Below are positions 11,893 through 21,143 of a DNA stretch of 64,000 nt, piece after piece. The stretch comes from Myxococcota bacterium (GTDB taxonomy: Bacteria; Myxococcota_A; UBA796; CAJQPC01). The translations under genes were made by a program, and so were the position numbers. The notes below the pieces were generated by a model. It searched no databases and was not told the origin of the DNA. It worked only from the letters and a program-made list of their open reading frames with translations. Position 1 is the stretch's first letter. Each line of letters starts with the position of its first letter. Where the stretch lies: NCBI GenBank assembly GCA_036229005.1, contig JAZAMN010000030.1, positions 32,001 to 96,000 of the forward strand, written 5' to 3'.

Positions 11893-12038
11893 TCGAGGTT
11901 TTGGGGCAAGCAACATTAGTCGCTTGCGAACTTGTCGCTTGAGTGACTAAGTTGGGTTGCTCGACGATCTCAGGCCTGCGCCGAAGGTCATCACACGACA
12001 AATCAACAGGGCCACCGGGCCCGTGATGGAGGAAAACA

Positions 12039-12899
12039 ATGACTACCCGCACGCTCGGCTTCGGCCTGCTCACGGCTGGGCTTCTCGTCTCCCTGTCCGC
12101 CTGCAAGGACGGCAACGACTGCGACACCGCCGCTGGCGAGGTCTGTGACACCGGCTCCGAGGGCGACGCTGACGCCGACTCGGACTCCGACTCCGACACC
12201 GACTCCGACGCAGACGCCGACTTCGACGACTACGCCGCCGCCTTCTCCTTCTACTCCGGCTACCAGGACGGCGCGCACGTCAACTGGACCGCGAGCGATG
12301 GCTCCGTCGGTGAGCCCTGGGTCTCCGTGACCATCTACGAGGAGGCCTACTTCGACGACGGCGACGACCGCTACTCCTGCACCTGGAACGCCTACATCAC
12401 CGAGGTTGCCACCGACAACCTGGGCGTGGACGGCCTGTGGTACGGCGCCGAGATGGCCTTCGAGGGCGTCGAGGGCGGCACCGACTGCGCCAACTTCAAC
12501 GAGGAGGCCTGGGGCTCCACCGATCCCACCGCCGCCTTCGAGGCCATGCGCTGGGGTCTGGGTTGGGGGCCCCTGGGTCCGAACGTCGGTCCCTCCCTGG
12601 AGGAGGCTGTCAACGGCTCCAGCTACGACTGGGCCACTGACTTCGAGCCCTACGTCTTCAGCTACTACCTGGGCTTCACCAGCGACACCAGCATGACCTT
12701 CGCTGACAGCGAGACCGTGAGCGACTACGGCTACGCCTTCGCCTACGAGGTCGATCCCAGCGACATGAGCATGGTGTTCGACTCCGACGAGGCCGCCATC
12801 CAGCTCGAGCTCGGCTCCGCTACCGAGATGCCCTCCGCCGCCTTCCTGCAGGGCGCCGGCTGGTACCTCCCCTACACCAGCAACTTCACCGGCGAGTGA
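12039..12899 (+). CDS. Acidic lipoprotein with Asp-rich repeat
   Basis: Lipobox LSAC, DADADSDSDSDTDSDADAD tract, GGAGG RBS. Confidence 0.75.
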   Translation: MTTRTLGFGLLTAGLLVSLSACKDGNDCDTAAGEVCDTGSEGDADADSDSDSDTDSDADADFDDYAAAFSFYSGYQDGAHVNWTASDGSVGEPWVSVTIYEEAYFDDGDDRYSCTWNAYITEVATDNLGVDGLWYGAEMAFEGVEGGTDCANFNEEAWGSTDPTAAFEAMRWGLGWGPLGPNVGPSLEEAVNGSSYDWATDFEPYVFSYYLGFTSDTSMTFADSETVSDYGYAFAYEVDPSDMSMVFDSDEAAIQLELGSATEMPSAAFLQGAGWYLPYTSNFTGE

Positions 12900-12907
12900 T
12901 TCGGTCT

Positions 12908-12977
12908 CCGCTGGGCCTTCGGGCTCGGCGGTGCCATCAGCGAGGGTGTCTCGGAGCGATCCGGGGCACCCTCGCTG
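12908..12977 (+). terminator. Tandem stem-loops after the lipoprotein gene
   Basis: CCGCTGGGCC-TTCG-GGCTCGGCGG and CAGCGAGGGTGTCTCGGA-GCGA-TCCGGGGCACCCTCGCTG. Confidence 0.55.
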
Positions 12978-13009
12978 CCTCTGGGCCTGCGTTGTGAGAG
13001 ACTGCCGCC

Positions 13010-13549
13010 ATGCTCCTGTCCCTACTCGTTGCTTGCGCCACCCCCTCGGGTGAGGGGCCTCCAGGCTGGGCCGTCGCCTACGCCAACGTGGTCCCGGAGG
13101 CGGAGGGTTCCTGGCGGGGACACCAGGTCTGGGTGTTCTACGAGGACGGGTGGAGCCGACAGCCCGGGGCGGAGTGGCACCTGTGCACCCTGCTCCAGGG
13201 CCTGGAGGGCAGCTCCCCGGGGCAGGCACTGGAGGGTTGTCCGGAGTGCATCTCCCTGGTGCAGGTCCAGGTCCAGAACATCGAGTCGGACTGTCCGGAG
13301 GCCTGGCTGCAGGATCCCGGCTTCGAGTCGGACCTGAACATGGCCGTGGGGCCGCTCCCAGATGACCTCGCTGTTGGGGCACCAGACAACAGCTCGCTGG
13401 GCTGGTACAGCTCCTACGGAGATGAGCCCCTGTCGCCCCAGGGCTACACAACCTCCGAGGCCGCCCTCTCTGGGAGGGAAGCCCCCCAGGGCTTCGCCGA
13501 AGAGCAGCCCTACACCCTGTGGCCCGCCTACGCCTGGTCGCTGCGTTGA
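13010..13549 (+). CDS. Hypothetical lipoprotein
   Basis: Very short signal MLLSLLVAC. CPEC motif. Confidence 0.6.
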   Translation: MLLSLLVACATPSGEGPPGWAVAYANVVPEAEGSWRGHQVWVFYEDGWSRQPGAEWHLCTLLQGLEGSSPGQALEGCPECISLVQVQVQNIESDCPEAWLQDPGFESDLNMAVGPLPDDLAVGAPDNSSLGWYSSYGDEPLSPQGYTTSEAALSGREAPQGFAEEQPYTLWPAYAWSLR

Positions 13550-13619
13550 GCCCTCGACGCCAGGGGTCGCCGGCTCGGGATCTGGCGGCTATGCTCAGGG
13601 CAGGCAGGGTGGAGACACC

Positions 13620-14258
13620 ATGAAGCGCGCAGCTTGCACATCGCTGCTGATGGCGTTCGCCGTGGCGTGCACGCCTCGCGGGGTCGCGGACACTGCTGCC
13701 CAGGCAGACGACACCTCCTTCGCGGTGGACGACAGCGGGACGGACGACACCTCGCAGCCTGAGCCCGAGCGCTTTCGGGTCCTGGGCACGCTGACCGTTC
13801 AGGATGGCGAGTACGTCGCGGCCGAGGTCCAGTATCGCCTGCTCGCGGACGACGGCACCGAGATCTGCACGCAGACCCACGCCGCGGAGACGGTGACCAT
13901 GGCCCTGTCTCCGGAGCCCGAGTGGGTGTTCGACTGGGCCCGCTTGGACCTCGCCGACACCGACGAGTGGTGTCAGGCGAGCCTGCCCAGCAGCCTGGGG
14001 GTGGGGTTGGGTCTGTTGTACACCGAGGTCGTTCCTCACCTGGAGGCCAGCGGGGTGGCGGAGGTCCAGAGCTCGCTGCAGGGCTTCTACGCCAGCTTCG
14101 AGCAACCCTGGAGCGATGGGATCGAGCAGAGCACCCTGGCAATGGGCTACGCCGGGACCGAGCAGGCGCTCGCGGGTGAGGTCCAGGCCGCTGAGTCCGG
14201 CCCGCTCCCCGACGGCGTCTACAGCTTCCGGTCCGTGTTCACGCTGACCCTGGAGTAG
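13620..14258 (+). CDS. Hypothetical lipoprotein
   Basis: MKRAACTSLLMAFAVAC lipobox, GGAGA RBS. Confidence 0.65.
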   Translation: MKRAACTSLLMAFAVACTPRGVADTAAQADDTSFAVDDSGTDDTSQPEPERFRVLGTLTVQDGEYVAAEVQYRLLADDGTEICTQTHAAETVTMALSPEPEWVFDWARLDLADTDEWCQASLPSSLGVGLGLLYTEVVPHLEASGVAEVQSSLQGFYASFEQPWSDGIEQSTLAMGYAGTEQALAGEVQAAESGPLPDGVYSFRSVFTLTLE

Positions 14259-15077
14259 TCACCAGCTCAGCGTGGGCGCGTCCGTGAGCGCCGCCGAGGC
14301 GAACACCCGTCCGTTCTCCGGGCAGTAGTGCCAGTCGGTGTCGACCCCCGTCAGGGTGGCCTGGTCCGGGACCTCGTTGCAGTAGGGGAGAACGCTGCCC
14401 TCGGCGGCGCTGAGCAGGTTCCGCGGCAGCCCGCCGGGGACCAGGATCCCGAGCGCCTGGCCCGGTCCGTCCCCGTCCAGGTCGTAGTGGTTGGCCTGGA
14501 GCTCGTCCAGGGTGGGCCAGTGGCGACCGGGGTGACGTCTGAGCTGTTCGTGGGCCTCCGAGAGCCCCGCCCGAAGCCGCGCCAGGTTCTCCTGTGTGCG
14601 GGCCTCTGCGTCGGGGGGCGGCCGGTAGTTCTCGGGGTTGGGGCCGGGCGCGGCCTGCTTGGGGGGCAGCAGCGCCAGCAGGGTCAGGGGGAGGAGGAGC
14701 AGCGCAGCCCACCTCAGCCTTGGGGCCCACCGCCTGAGCCTCCCGTCCCCCTCGGCCACCTCTACACCCCCTCCACCGGCGAGGACATGCTGGCGCGCGC
14801 TGGGAGAGAGCACGCAGTCGCGCAGCGTGCAGCCCTGGGCCTGGACGCCGTCGAGCTGGCATGCCCGGAGCAGCGCGCCGTCCAGCCGGCACCCCCGAAG
14901 GTCCGCGCTCCGCAGGTCACAGCGCTCCAGGGTCGCTCCGCGCAGGTCGCAGTCCCGGAGGCTCAGGACCCGGACATCACGCAGGTGGGCCCGCTGCAGG
15001 GAGCAGTCCTCCAGGCGCCCGAGCTCGCCGCCCTGGATCTGGGCTCCATCCAGGTCCTTGCCCTCCAGGACCTTCAC
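14259..15077 (-). CDS. Pentapeptide-repeat protein with TM and extracytoplasmic domain
   Basis: Repeats CDLRG-ATLER-CDLRS-ADLRG-CRLDG, then TM WAALLLLPLTLLALL. GTG start overlaps the upstream TGA. Confidence 0.65.
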   Translation of the reverse strand: MKVLEGKDLDGAQIQGGELGRLEDCSLQRAHLRDVRVLSLRDCDLRGATLERCDLRSADLRGCRLDGALLRACQLDGVQAQGCTLRDCVLSPSARQHVLAGGGGVEVAEGDGRLRRWAPRLRWAALLLLPLTLLALLPPKQAAPGPNPENYRPPPDAEARTQENLARLRAGLSEAHEQLRRHPGRHWPTLDELQANHYDLDGDGPGQALGILVPGGLPRNLLSAAEGSVLPYCNEVPDQATLTGVDTDWHYCPENGRVFASAALTDAPTLSW

Positions 15078-15424
15078 TCCTCTGGACGGGCCAGGCAGAC
15101 CTGCGTGTAGGAGACGGGGAATCCGGTGCCCTTGACGCCGATCTCGAAGTCCGCGCTGAAGGGCCGCCAGCCCTCCTTGCTCTGCTCGCTGGCCCACTGT
15201 CCGATGGGATCGTTGGGATCGGAGGTGGTGAAGATGCCGCCGTACTCATCGTCCGGCGTGACCCTGAAGGTCTTGCACATGAGCTCCGCGGGAGGCGGCG
15301 GGGTCAGGGTGGGGAGCGCCGGGGGGGCGTCCTGTGCTTGGGCCTGGGAGAGGCTGGTGCCGGCGATGGCGCCGATGGCGAGGGCGATCCCGGCGACGCC
15401 GAGCAGCTTGGGGGACAGACGCAT
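15074..15424 (-). CDS. Small secreted hypothetical protein
   Basis: Signal peptide MRLSPKLLGVAGIALAIGAIAGTSLSQAQA, GGAGG RBS. Confidence 0.65.
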   Translation of the reverse strand: MRLSPKLLGVAGIALAIGAIAGTSLSQAQAQDAPPALPTLTPPPPAELMCKTFRVTPDDEYGGIFTTSDPNDPIGQWASEQSKEGWRPFSADFEIGVKGTGFPVSYTQVCLARPEE

Positions 15425-15592
15425 GAAACCTCCGGGGGCAACGCTACCCCGGTTTGCGGGCGCCGTCCCGTCCGGTCTGGGAGATCGGGTGGAGACGGAC
15501 AAGCGGACAATTTTTGGCCCCGGACAATTTTTGGCTCTCACCCCCTGGCTTTGTTCAGTATGTTGTTTGTGTCGATGACAGAGGAGTCGTCC

Positions 15593-16369
15593 ATGCAGCC
15601 CCAGCGAATCACCCCCTCTCCGGTCCCCGCCCCCCGCCTGGCCCTGGCGGAGTCGGAGCTCTGTGCCCGCTTCGGCGGTCCTGTGGTGCGCGTGCTCGCG
15701 GGGCTCTCGGTGGACGGCCACCGCATCGACATGGGCGACCTGCTGCTCCTGGATCCCGGCGCGGTCGCGGGGGACCTGGTGGTGGTCGTCGCGCGGGGCC
15801 GGGGGCGTCCGATGCTCGCCCGCATGAGCGAAGCGGGTCCTCTCGGCGTGCCCAGCGGCGTGCCCTGCTCTCGCAGCCGCTGGCGGGTGCTGGGCCGGGT
15901 CATCGCGCAGGTCCGCCCCTCCACGCCCGCTCAGGACAAGGTGCTGACCTTCCCGGCCGCGCGCGCTCAGGGCATGCTGCCTCTGGCCCCCAGCTCCCTT
16001 GCGCAGGGCGTCGCGGTGCTGCGTCTGGAGCGGGCCCCGACCCCGGAGATGGTGGAGCTGGTCGCGGAGCGTCAGGGCGCGCTGCGTGTCCGGGGCTCCG
16101 AGCTGCATCTGCCCCTGGGGGAGCTGTCTCTGGAGTCCCTGGGGGCCCTGGTTCGGGACCTGGGCCTGCGCTTCGGGGTGCGGGTCCGGGGTGCCCTCGC
16201 GATGGAGCTGGAGCACGCTCAGGCGGCCTGTGCGCTGATGTCCTCGGGCCAGGTCGCTCGGGTGCTCCCGGGTCAGGAGCTGCTCCCCTCTGCGGTGGAG
16301 CGTGAGCTCGCCCAGGTCCAGGAGGAGGAGCGCATGGTGGCTCAGGCTGCGCAGCTCACCCTCTTCTAG
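15593..16369 (+). CDS. Hypothetical protein: degenerate S24/UmuD-like N-terminus, Y-family polymerase-like segment, C-terminal clamp-binding-like QLTLF
   Basis: GAGGAG RBS. IDMGDLLLLD, GDLVVV and WRVLGRV pattern. Ends in QLTLF. Domain calls are by eye. Confidence 0.5.
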   Translation: MQPQRITPSPVPAPRLALAESELCARFGGPVVRVLAGLSVDGHRIDMGDLLLLDPGAVAGDLVVVVARGRGRPMLARMSEAGPLGVPSGVPCSRSRWRVLGRVIAQVRPSTPAQDKVLTFPAARAQGMLPLAPSSLAQGVAVLRLERAPTPEMVELVAERQGALRVRGSELHLPLGELSLESLGALVRDLGLRFGVRVRGALAMELEHAQAACALMSSGQVARVLPGQELLPSAVERELAQVQEEERMVAQAAQLTLF

Positions 16370-16437
16370 GGCTGGGCACACAAGCTGGGGACACACACCG
16401 TCCCCAAGCGAGGACAGGGGGGGATAGACCATGGTCC

Positions 16438-17241
16438 ATGCAGGACTTCAAGACACTGATCGCGCACGACCGGCCCTTGATCGGCGTGCTCCATCTGCCC
16501 CCCTTGCCGGGGGCTCCGCGGCCCTCTCCGGGCCTGGACTCCGTGATCCGGACTGCGCTCCGGGACGCCGAGGCGCTCGCGGAGGGCGGAGCTCAAGGGC
16601 TGATCGTGGAGAACCTGGGGGATGCGCCCTTCGAGCCGCTGGTCGAGCCGCATGTGTGCGCCATGCTGGGGGTGATCGCCCACCAGGTGGTGCAGCGCTT
16701 TGGGGATGCGCTGGTGGTCGGGGTGAACGCCCTGCGGAACGACGCGGCCTCGGCGCTGGGGGCGGCGGCCGCCGCTCAGGCGGGCTTTGTGCGGATCAAC
16801 GTGCACACCGGCGCCATGGTGACCGACCAGGGCCTCATCCAGGGGCAGGCCCGTCAGACCCTGCTCTACCGTCAGCGGCTGGCCCCTTCGCTGGGCATCG
16901 CGGCGGACGTCATGGTCAAGCACGCCGCGCCGCTGGGTGTGGGGACCGACCTGGCCCAGAGCGCGGCGGACTGCTTCCACCGCGGGGGAGCGGACGCCCT
17001 CATCATCTCGGGGAGCGGCACGGGTCAGCCCACCTCATCCCAGGACCTGCAGGTGGTCCGGGAGGCTGTCCCGACCGCGCCGCTGTGGATCGGCTCGGGC
17101 TTCAGCCTCGAGACCGCAGCGAGCCTGCGGCCCCACTGCACGGGAGCCATCGTAGGCACCGCGCTGCACCAGGACGGCAAGTTGGCCGCCCCCCTGGACG
17201 TACAGCGGGTGCGGGACATCCGGAGCGCCCTGGACGGCTGA
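16438..17241 (+). CDS. BtpA/SgcQ family TIM-barrel protein
   Basis: GVLHLPPLPGAP, IVENLGDAPF, GVNALRND, ADVMVKHA, ISGSGTG. Confidence 0.88.
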   Translation: MQDFKTLIAHDRPLIGVLHLPPLPGAPRPSPGLDSVIRTALRDAEALAEGGAQGLIVENLGDAPFEPLVEPHVCAMLGVIAHQVVQRFGDALVVGVNALRNDAASALGAAAAAQAGFVRINVHTGAMVTDQGLIQGQARQTLLYRQRLAPSLGIAADVMVKHAAPLGVGTDLAQSAADCFHRGGADALIISGSGTGQPTSSQDLQVVREAVPTAPLWIGSGFSLETAASLRPHCTGAIVGTALHQDGKLAAPLDVQRVRDIRSALDG

Positions 17242-17264
17242 GGCCGGCTGTTGCCGCCTGGGGC

Positions 17265-19079
17265 TCAGCCTCCAAAGAAGCTCAGCAGCAGGTAGGCGCT
17301 GAGCACCACCGTGGCCCAGAGGGCGGTCTCGCCGCTGGGCCAGGGCTCGCCGAAGCTGCTGTCGCCCGGCTTGAACATCTGTCCGAAGCGGTCCGCCGCG
17401 CCCTGCACCGCGCCGCCCACGACGTCCTTGGTCTTCTCGGCCGCGCGGTCGATCGCGTGCACCACCTTGGACAGGCCGCCGGGCAGCCACTTGCGGTAGA
17501 CCACGTCGACGTCCAGCACCGTGGAGCGCAGCTCGGGCGGGTACCAGCCCATCTTCTGCAGGAACACGAACGCCGCAGCGGAGCCCAGCAGGAGCTGCAT
17601 CTGGGTGACCACGTGGGTCAGGTCGTAGGCGCTGTAGTCACCCACGTCGTAGGGCAGGATGGCGTAGAGGGGGGCGGGGAACACGCCCACGGCGATGCAC
17701 AGGAAGGCCGCGATGGCCATGGCCACCAGCATGTTGCGGGGGGCCTCTCCGGTGACCTCGCGGGCCTTCTTGGAGTCGTGGGCAAAGAACGCAAAGTAGG
17801 GGATCTTGATGCCCGAGTGGTGGAACACACCCGCGCTGGCGAACAGCAGGATCAGGAAGGCCCAGGTGTAGCCCTGGTCGGCGGCCGCGGTCAGGATCAT
17901 GGACTTGGTGACAAAGCCCGAGAACAGCGGGAAGGCGGAGATGGCCATCGCGCCGACCACGGTGAACCCGGTGGTCCAGGGCATCTTGCGCCACAGGCCG
18001 CCCAGCTCGGAGCCGTTGACGGTGCCTGCGCGCAGCAGCACGGCGCCCATGCCCATGAACAGCAGGCCCTTGTACAGGATGTGGGCGAACGCGTGGGCCG
18101 CTGCGCCGTTGATGGCGAGCTCGGTGCCCACGCCCACGCCCACGACCATGTAGCCGAGCTGGTTGTTGAGGCTGTAGGCCAACACCCGCCGCAGGTCGTT
18201 CTCGATGACCGCGTAGAAGATGGGGAACGCGGTCATCGTGGCGCCGATGGGCACCAGGATCTCGGTCCCGGCAAAGCCCCGCGCCAGCGCGTAGATCGCC
18301 ATCTTGGTGGTGAAGGCGCTCATCCACACGGTGCCGGTGATGGTGGCCTCGGGGTAGGCGTCCTCCAGCCAGCTGTGCAGCATCGGGAAGGCGGCCTTGA
18401 TGCCAAAGGCCAAGAAGATCAGCAGGTTGCCCAGGCTGCCGTCCAGCCCCATCAGGTCGAAGGCCAGGGAGTCGGTCTCGGCGTAGCGGAACAGGGCGCC
18501 GGCCAGCAGCAGCACGCCCGACAGCACCTGGATCACCAGGTAGCGCATGCCCACGCGGGCAGCGCGGTTGGTTCCGCGCACCCAGATCAGGAACACGCTG
18601 GTGAGCGCGGTGAGCTCCCAGTACACGAACAGCGTGACCAGGTCGCCGGCGAACACGGCTCCGATGGCGCCGCCTGCGTAGCTGAGCCCGGCCAGGTGCT
18701 GCAGGTCATCCCGGACGCGCAGGGCGTAGATCACCGAGAGGAACGCGGCGATGTGGAAGATGGTCCCGAAGATGCGGGCCAGGCGGTCGGCGCGCACCGG
18801 CTGGAGCGCGTAGCCGAACAGCTCGGTGTCCAGCGTGAAGCCCTCAGGGAGCAGCCAGATCTGCAGCAGCCCCAGCAGGGGGAGCAGCAGCATGAAGCCG
18901 CCCTTGAGGCCAACGGGGGAGCGGCCGCGCAGGGGCCAGATGCCATCCACCGGACCCTTCTCGGGGGTGGGCACACCTGGAAACAGTGGGACGAGCAGGG
19001 CGCCCAGGATCAGCAGCAGGCCAGGGGGGAGGCTGGCCGCGATATCGCCAGCCAGGCCGGCGGACAGGGTCTCAAGCAT
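17265..19079 (-). CDS. mrpD: Mrp Na+/H+ antiporter subunit D/A-like
   Basis: LFVYWE, GIKAAFPMLHSWLEDAYPEA, DLRRVLAYS, HAFAHILYKGLLF. Confidence 0.8.
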   Translation of the reverse strand: MLETLSAGLAGDIAASLPPGLLLILGALLVPLFPGVPTPEKGPVDGIWPLRGRSPVGLKGGFMLLLPLLGLLQIWLLPEGFTLDTELFGYALQPVRADRLARIFGTIFHIAAFLSVIYALRVRDDLQHLAGLSYAGGAIGAVFAGDLVTLFVYWELTALTSVFLIWVRGTNRAARVGMRYLVIQVLSGVLLLAGALFRYAETDSLAFDLMGLDGSLGNLLIFLAFGIKAAFPMLHSWLEDAYPEATITGTVWMSAFTTKMAIYALARGFAGTEILVPIGATMTAFPIFYAVIENDLRRVLAYSLNNQLGYMVVGVGVGTELAINGAAAHAFAHILYKGLLFMGMGAVLLRAGTVNGSELGGLWRKMPWTTGFTVVGAMAISAFPLFSGFVTKSMILTAAADQGYTWAFLILLFASAGVFHHSGIKIPYFAFFAHDSKKAREVTGEAPRNMLVAMAIAAFLCIAVGVFPAPLYAILPYDVGDYSAYDLTHVVTQMQLLLGSAAAFVFLQKMGWYPPELRSTVLDVDVVYRKWLPGGLSKVVHAIDRAAEKTKDVVGGAVQGAADRFGQMFKPGDSSFGEPWPSGETALWATVVLSAYLLLSFFGG

Positions 19080-19545
19080 GGTGGCCCTCCTGGTCCGCGG
19101 GCTCGCTGGGCGGCTGGAAGGGGGCGTCGTCCCCGTAGTAGTCCTCGTCGCGCATCACCAGCATGCGGAGCACGCGGGCGGCCAGCACCAGGCCCACGCA
19201 GCCAGCGAACCCGTAGACCGCGTGGAAGGCCGGGACCATCTCGAATGCGTAGTGTCCGTGCTTGTGGCCGCCAAAGCCACTGTGGTCCTCGCTTGCGCTG
19301 GGATCTCCGTGGTGCTCGGCGGGCTGCTCGGGGGTGGGGTGGGCCCCGGTGTGGGAGGGCTCAGAGTGCTCCTCGCCTGCCGTCTGATGGGTCTCGGCCT
19401 CATGGCTGCCCAGGGAGGACAGCCAGCTTGGCCCGAACCACACCGCGTCGATCAGCACAAAGCCCAGGACAAGGGCCCACAGACCCCGGACGATCCACCT
19501 TACGGTGCCCAGGTCGACGCTGGGGGGGCCGTGCTCGTGGCTCAT
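19072..19545 (-). CDS. Small Mrp-associated membrane protein with His-rich loop
   Basis: Two TM segments, C-terminal LRMLVMRDEDYY. ATGA-coupled on both sides. Confidence 0.7.
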   Translation of the reverse strand: MSHEHGPPSVDLGTVRWIVRGLWALVLGFVLIDAVWFGPSWLSSLGSHEAETHQTAGEEHSEPSHTGAHPTPEQPAEHHGDPSASEDHSGFGGHKHGHYAFEMVPAFHAVYGFAGCVGLVLAARVLRMLVMRDEDYYGDDAPFQPPSEPADQEGHHA

Positions 19546-21143
19546 GGCAGGCCTCCGTTCTGGACGATGGGGCGAATGAAGGCCTCCAGCTGGGGGGCGA
19601 GCACAAAGAGCGCCACGCAGCCCAGGGCCGTGAACACGATGGGACCGAGCATCAGCAGGTGGGTCTCCCGGATGCGCGCGCCGATGGGCAGGATGGGGAC
19701 CAGGGCGGGGTCCTCGATGGACTTCTCGTCGGGGTAGCCGTGGCCGTGATGGTCGTCGGCGTGGTGGGCGTCCCCGTGGTCGTCGTGGTGGGCGTGGTCG
19801 TCGTGGTGGTGGGCCTGGGCGTCCTCGGGCAGGAAGAAGGCTCGGACCACGATGGGCATCAGGTAGCCGATGGCCAGCAGCGAGCTGAGCATGTAGACGC
19901 CGACGAAGATGTAGTCCTGGGGCTGAGTCGTGGCGCCGATGGCCATGAACCACTTGGCCCAGGAGCCGCCTCCGGGGGGCAGGCCGATGATCGAGAAGCT
20001 GGCGATGGTGAACGCCGTGAACATCACGGGCATCTTGCGGCCCAGGCCGTTGAGCTCACTGACCTTGGACTTGTGCACCGAGACCAGGCAGGCGCCGGCG
20101 ACAAAGAACAGGGTGATCTTGCCCATCGCGTGCATGGCGATGTGCATGCTGGCGCCGACCACGCTGTCCGGGGTGACCAGCATCGCGCCGAGCACGATGT
20201 AGGCGAGCTGGGAGATGGTGGAGTACGCCAGCCGGGCCTTGAAGTTGTCCAGGGTCAGCGCGACGACGCTGGAGATCAGGATGGTGCCGGCGGCCACCCA
20301 CTTGAGGATGTCGCTGCCGCCGGTGCTGTAGAGCAACTCCAGCCCGAAGATGTAGATGACCACCTTGAGGATGGTGAACACGCCGGCCTTGACCACCGCG
20401 ACGGCGTGGAGCAGCGCGGAGACCGGCGTGGGGGCCACCATGGCGTTGGGGAGCCAGCGGTGGAAGGGCATCAGGGCGGCCTTGCCGGCGCCGAACGCGA
20501 AGAGCCCCAGCAGGATGGGGATCATCGGGCCGTCGACCTTGGAGGCCAGGATGCCGCCCGGGGTGAAGTCGAGCGTGCCCGTGAGGCTGTAGGTCCACAG
20601 CACACCCAGCAGGAGCAGCCCCACCGAGGTGCTGACCAGGATGCCCAGGTAGATGCGCCCGGCGCGGCGGGCGGCCTCGTTCCCGGCGTGGGTGACCAGC
20701 GGGTAGGTCGAGAAGGTCAGCACTTCGTAGAACAGGAAGAGCGTGAACAGGTTGGCCGACATCGCGATGCCCAGCGCAGCGAAGATGGCCAGCGCGAAGC
20801 TGATGTAGAAGCGGGTCTGGTTGGTCTCGCCGTGGCCCCGCATGTAGCCGAAGGCGTACAGGGAGGTGGGCCCCCACAGGCCAGAGGCCACCAGCGCATA
20901 CAGCAGGCCCAGGGGCTCGAGCTTGAAGGCCAGGGGCACGTTCTCGAACACGTGGAAGAACACGACCTCCGGGCGGGCGCCGGCGGAGATCTCGGGGACC
21001 ATGGCCACCACGCAGCCAAAGGTCAGCAGCGCGGCCATCACCATCAACGCGTCGCGCAGATCCGGGATCTTGCGCGCGAAGAACATCAGGGGCACCACCC
21101 CCAAGGGGATGAAGAAGGCCACCATCATCAAGGTGCCAGCCAT
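19542..21143 (-). CDS. mrpD: Mrp antiporter subunit D-like
   Basis: FLFYE, KAALMPFHRWLPNAMVAPTPVSALLHAVAVVKAG, KARLAYSTISQL. Confidence 0.85.
   Translation of the reverse strand: MAGTLMMVAFFIPLGVVPLMFFARKIPDLRDALMVMAALLTFGCVVAMVPEISAGARPEVVFFHVFENVPLAFKLEPLGLLYALVASGLWGPTSLYAFGYMRGHGETNQTRFYISFALAIFAALGIAMSANLFTLFLFYEVLTFSTYPLVTHAGNEAARRAGRIYLGILVSTSVGLLLLGVLWTYSLTGTLDFTPGGILASKVDGPMIPILLGLFAFGAGKAALMPFHRWLPNAMVAPTPVSALLHAVAVVKAGVFTILKVVIYIFGLELLYSTGGSDILKWVAAGTILISSVVALTLDNFKARLAYSTISQLAYIVLGAMLVTPDSVVGASMHIAMHAMGKITLFFVAGACLVSVHKSKVSELNGLGRKMPVMFTAFTIASFSIIGLPPGGGSWAKWFMAIGATTQPQDYIFVGVYMLSSLLAIGYLMPIVVRAFFLPEDAQAHHHDDHAHHDDHGDAHHADDHHGHGYPDEKSIEDPALVPILPIGARIRETHLLMLGPIVFTALGCVALFVLAPQLEAFIRPIVQNGGLP

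Noticed and set aside
12165..12225. GACTCC/GACGCC tandem repeat as a non-coding repeat
   Set aside because: It encodes the Asp-rich tract of the lipoprotein.
15541..15560. Myxococcus-type LexA box
   Set aside because: Only the GTTCAG half matches.
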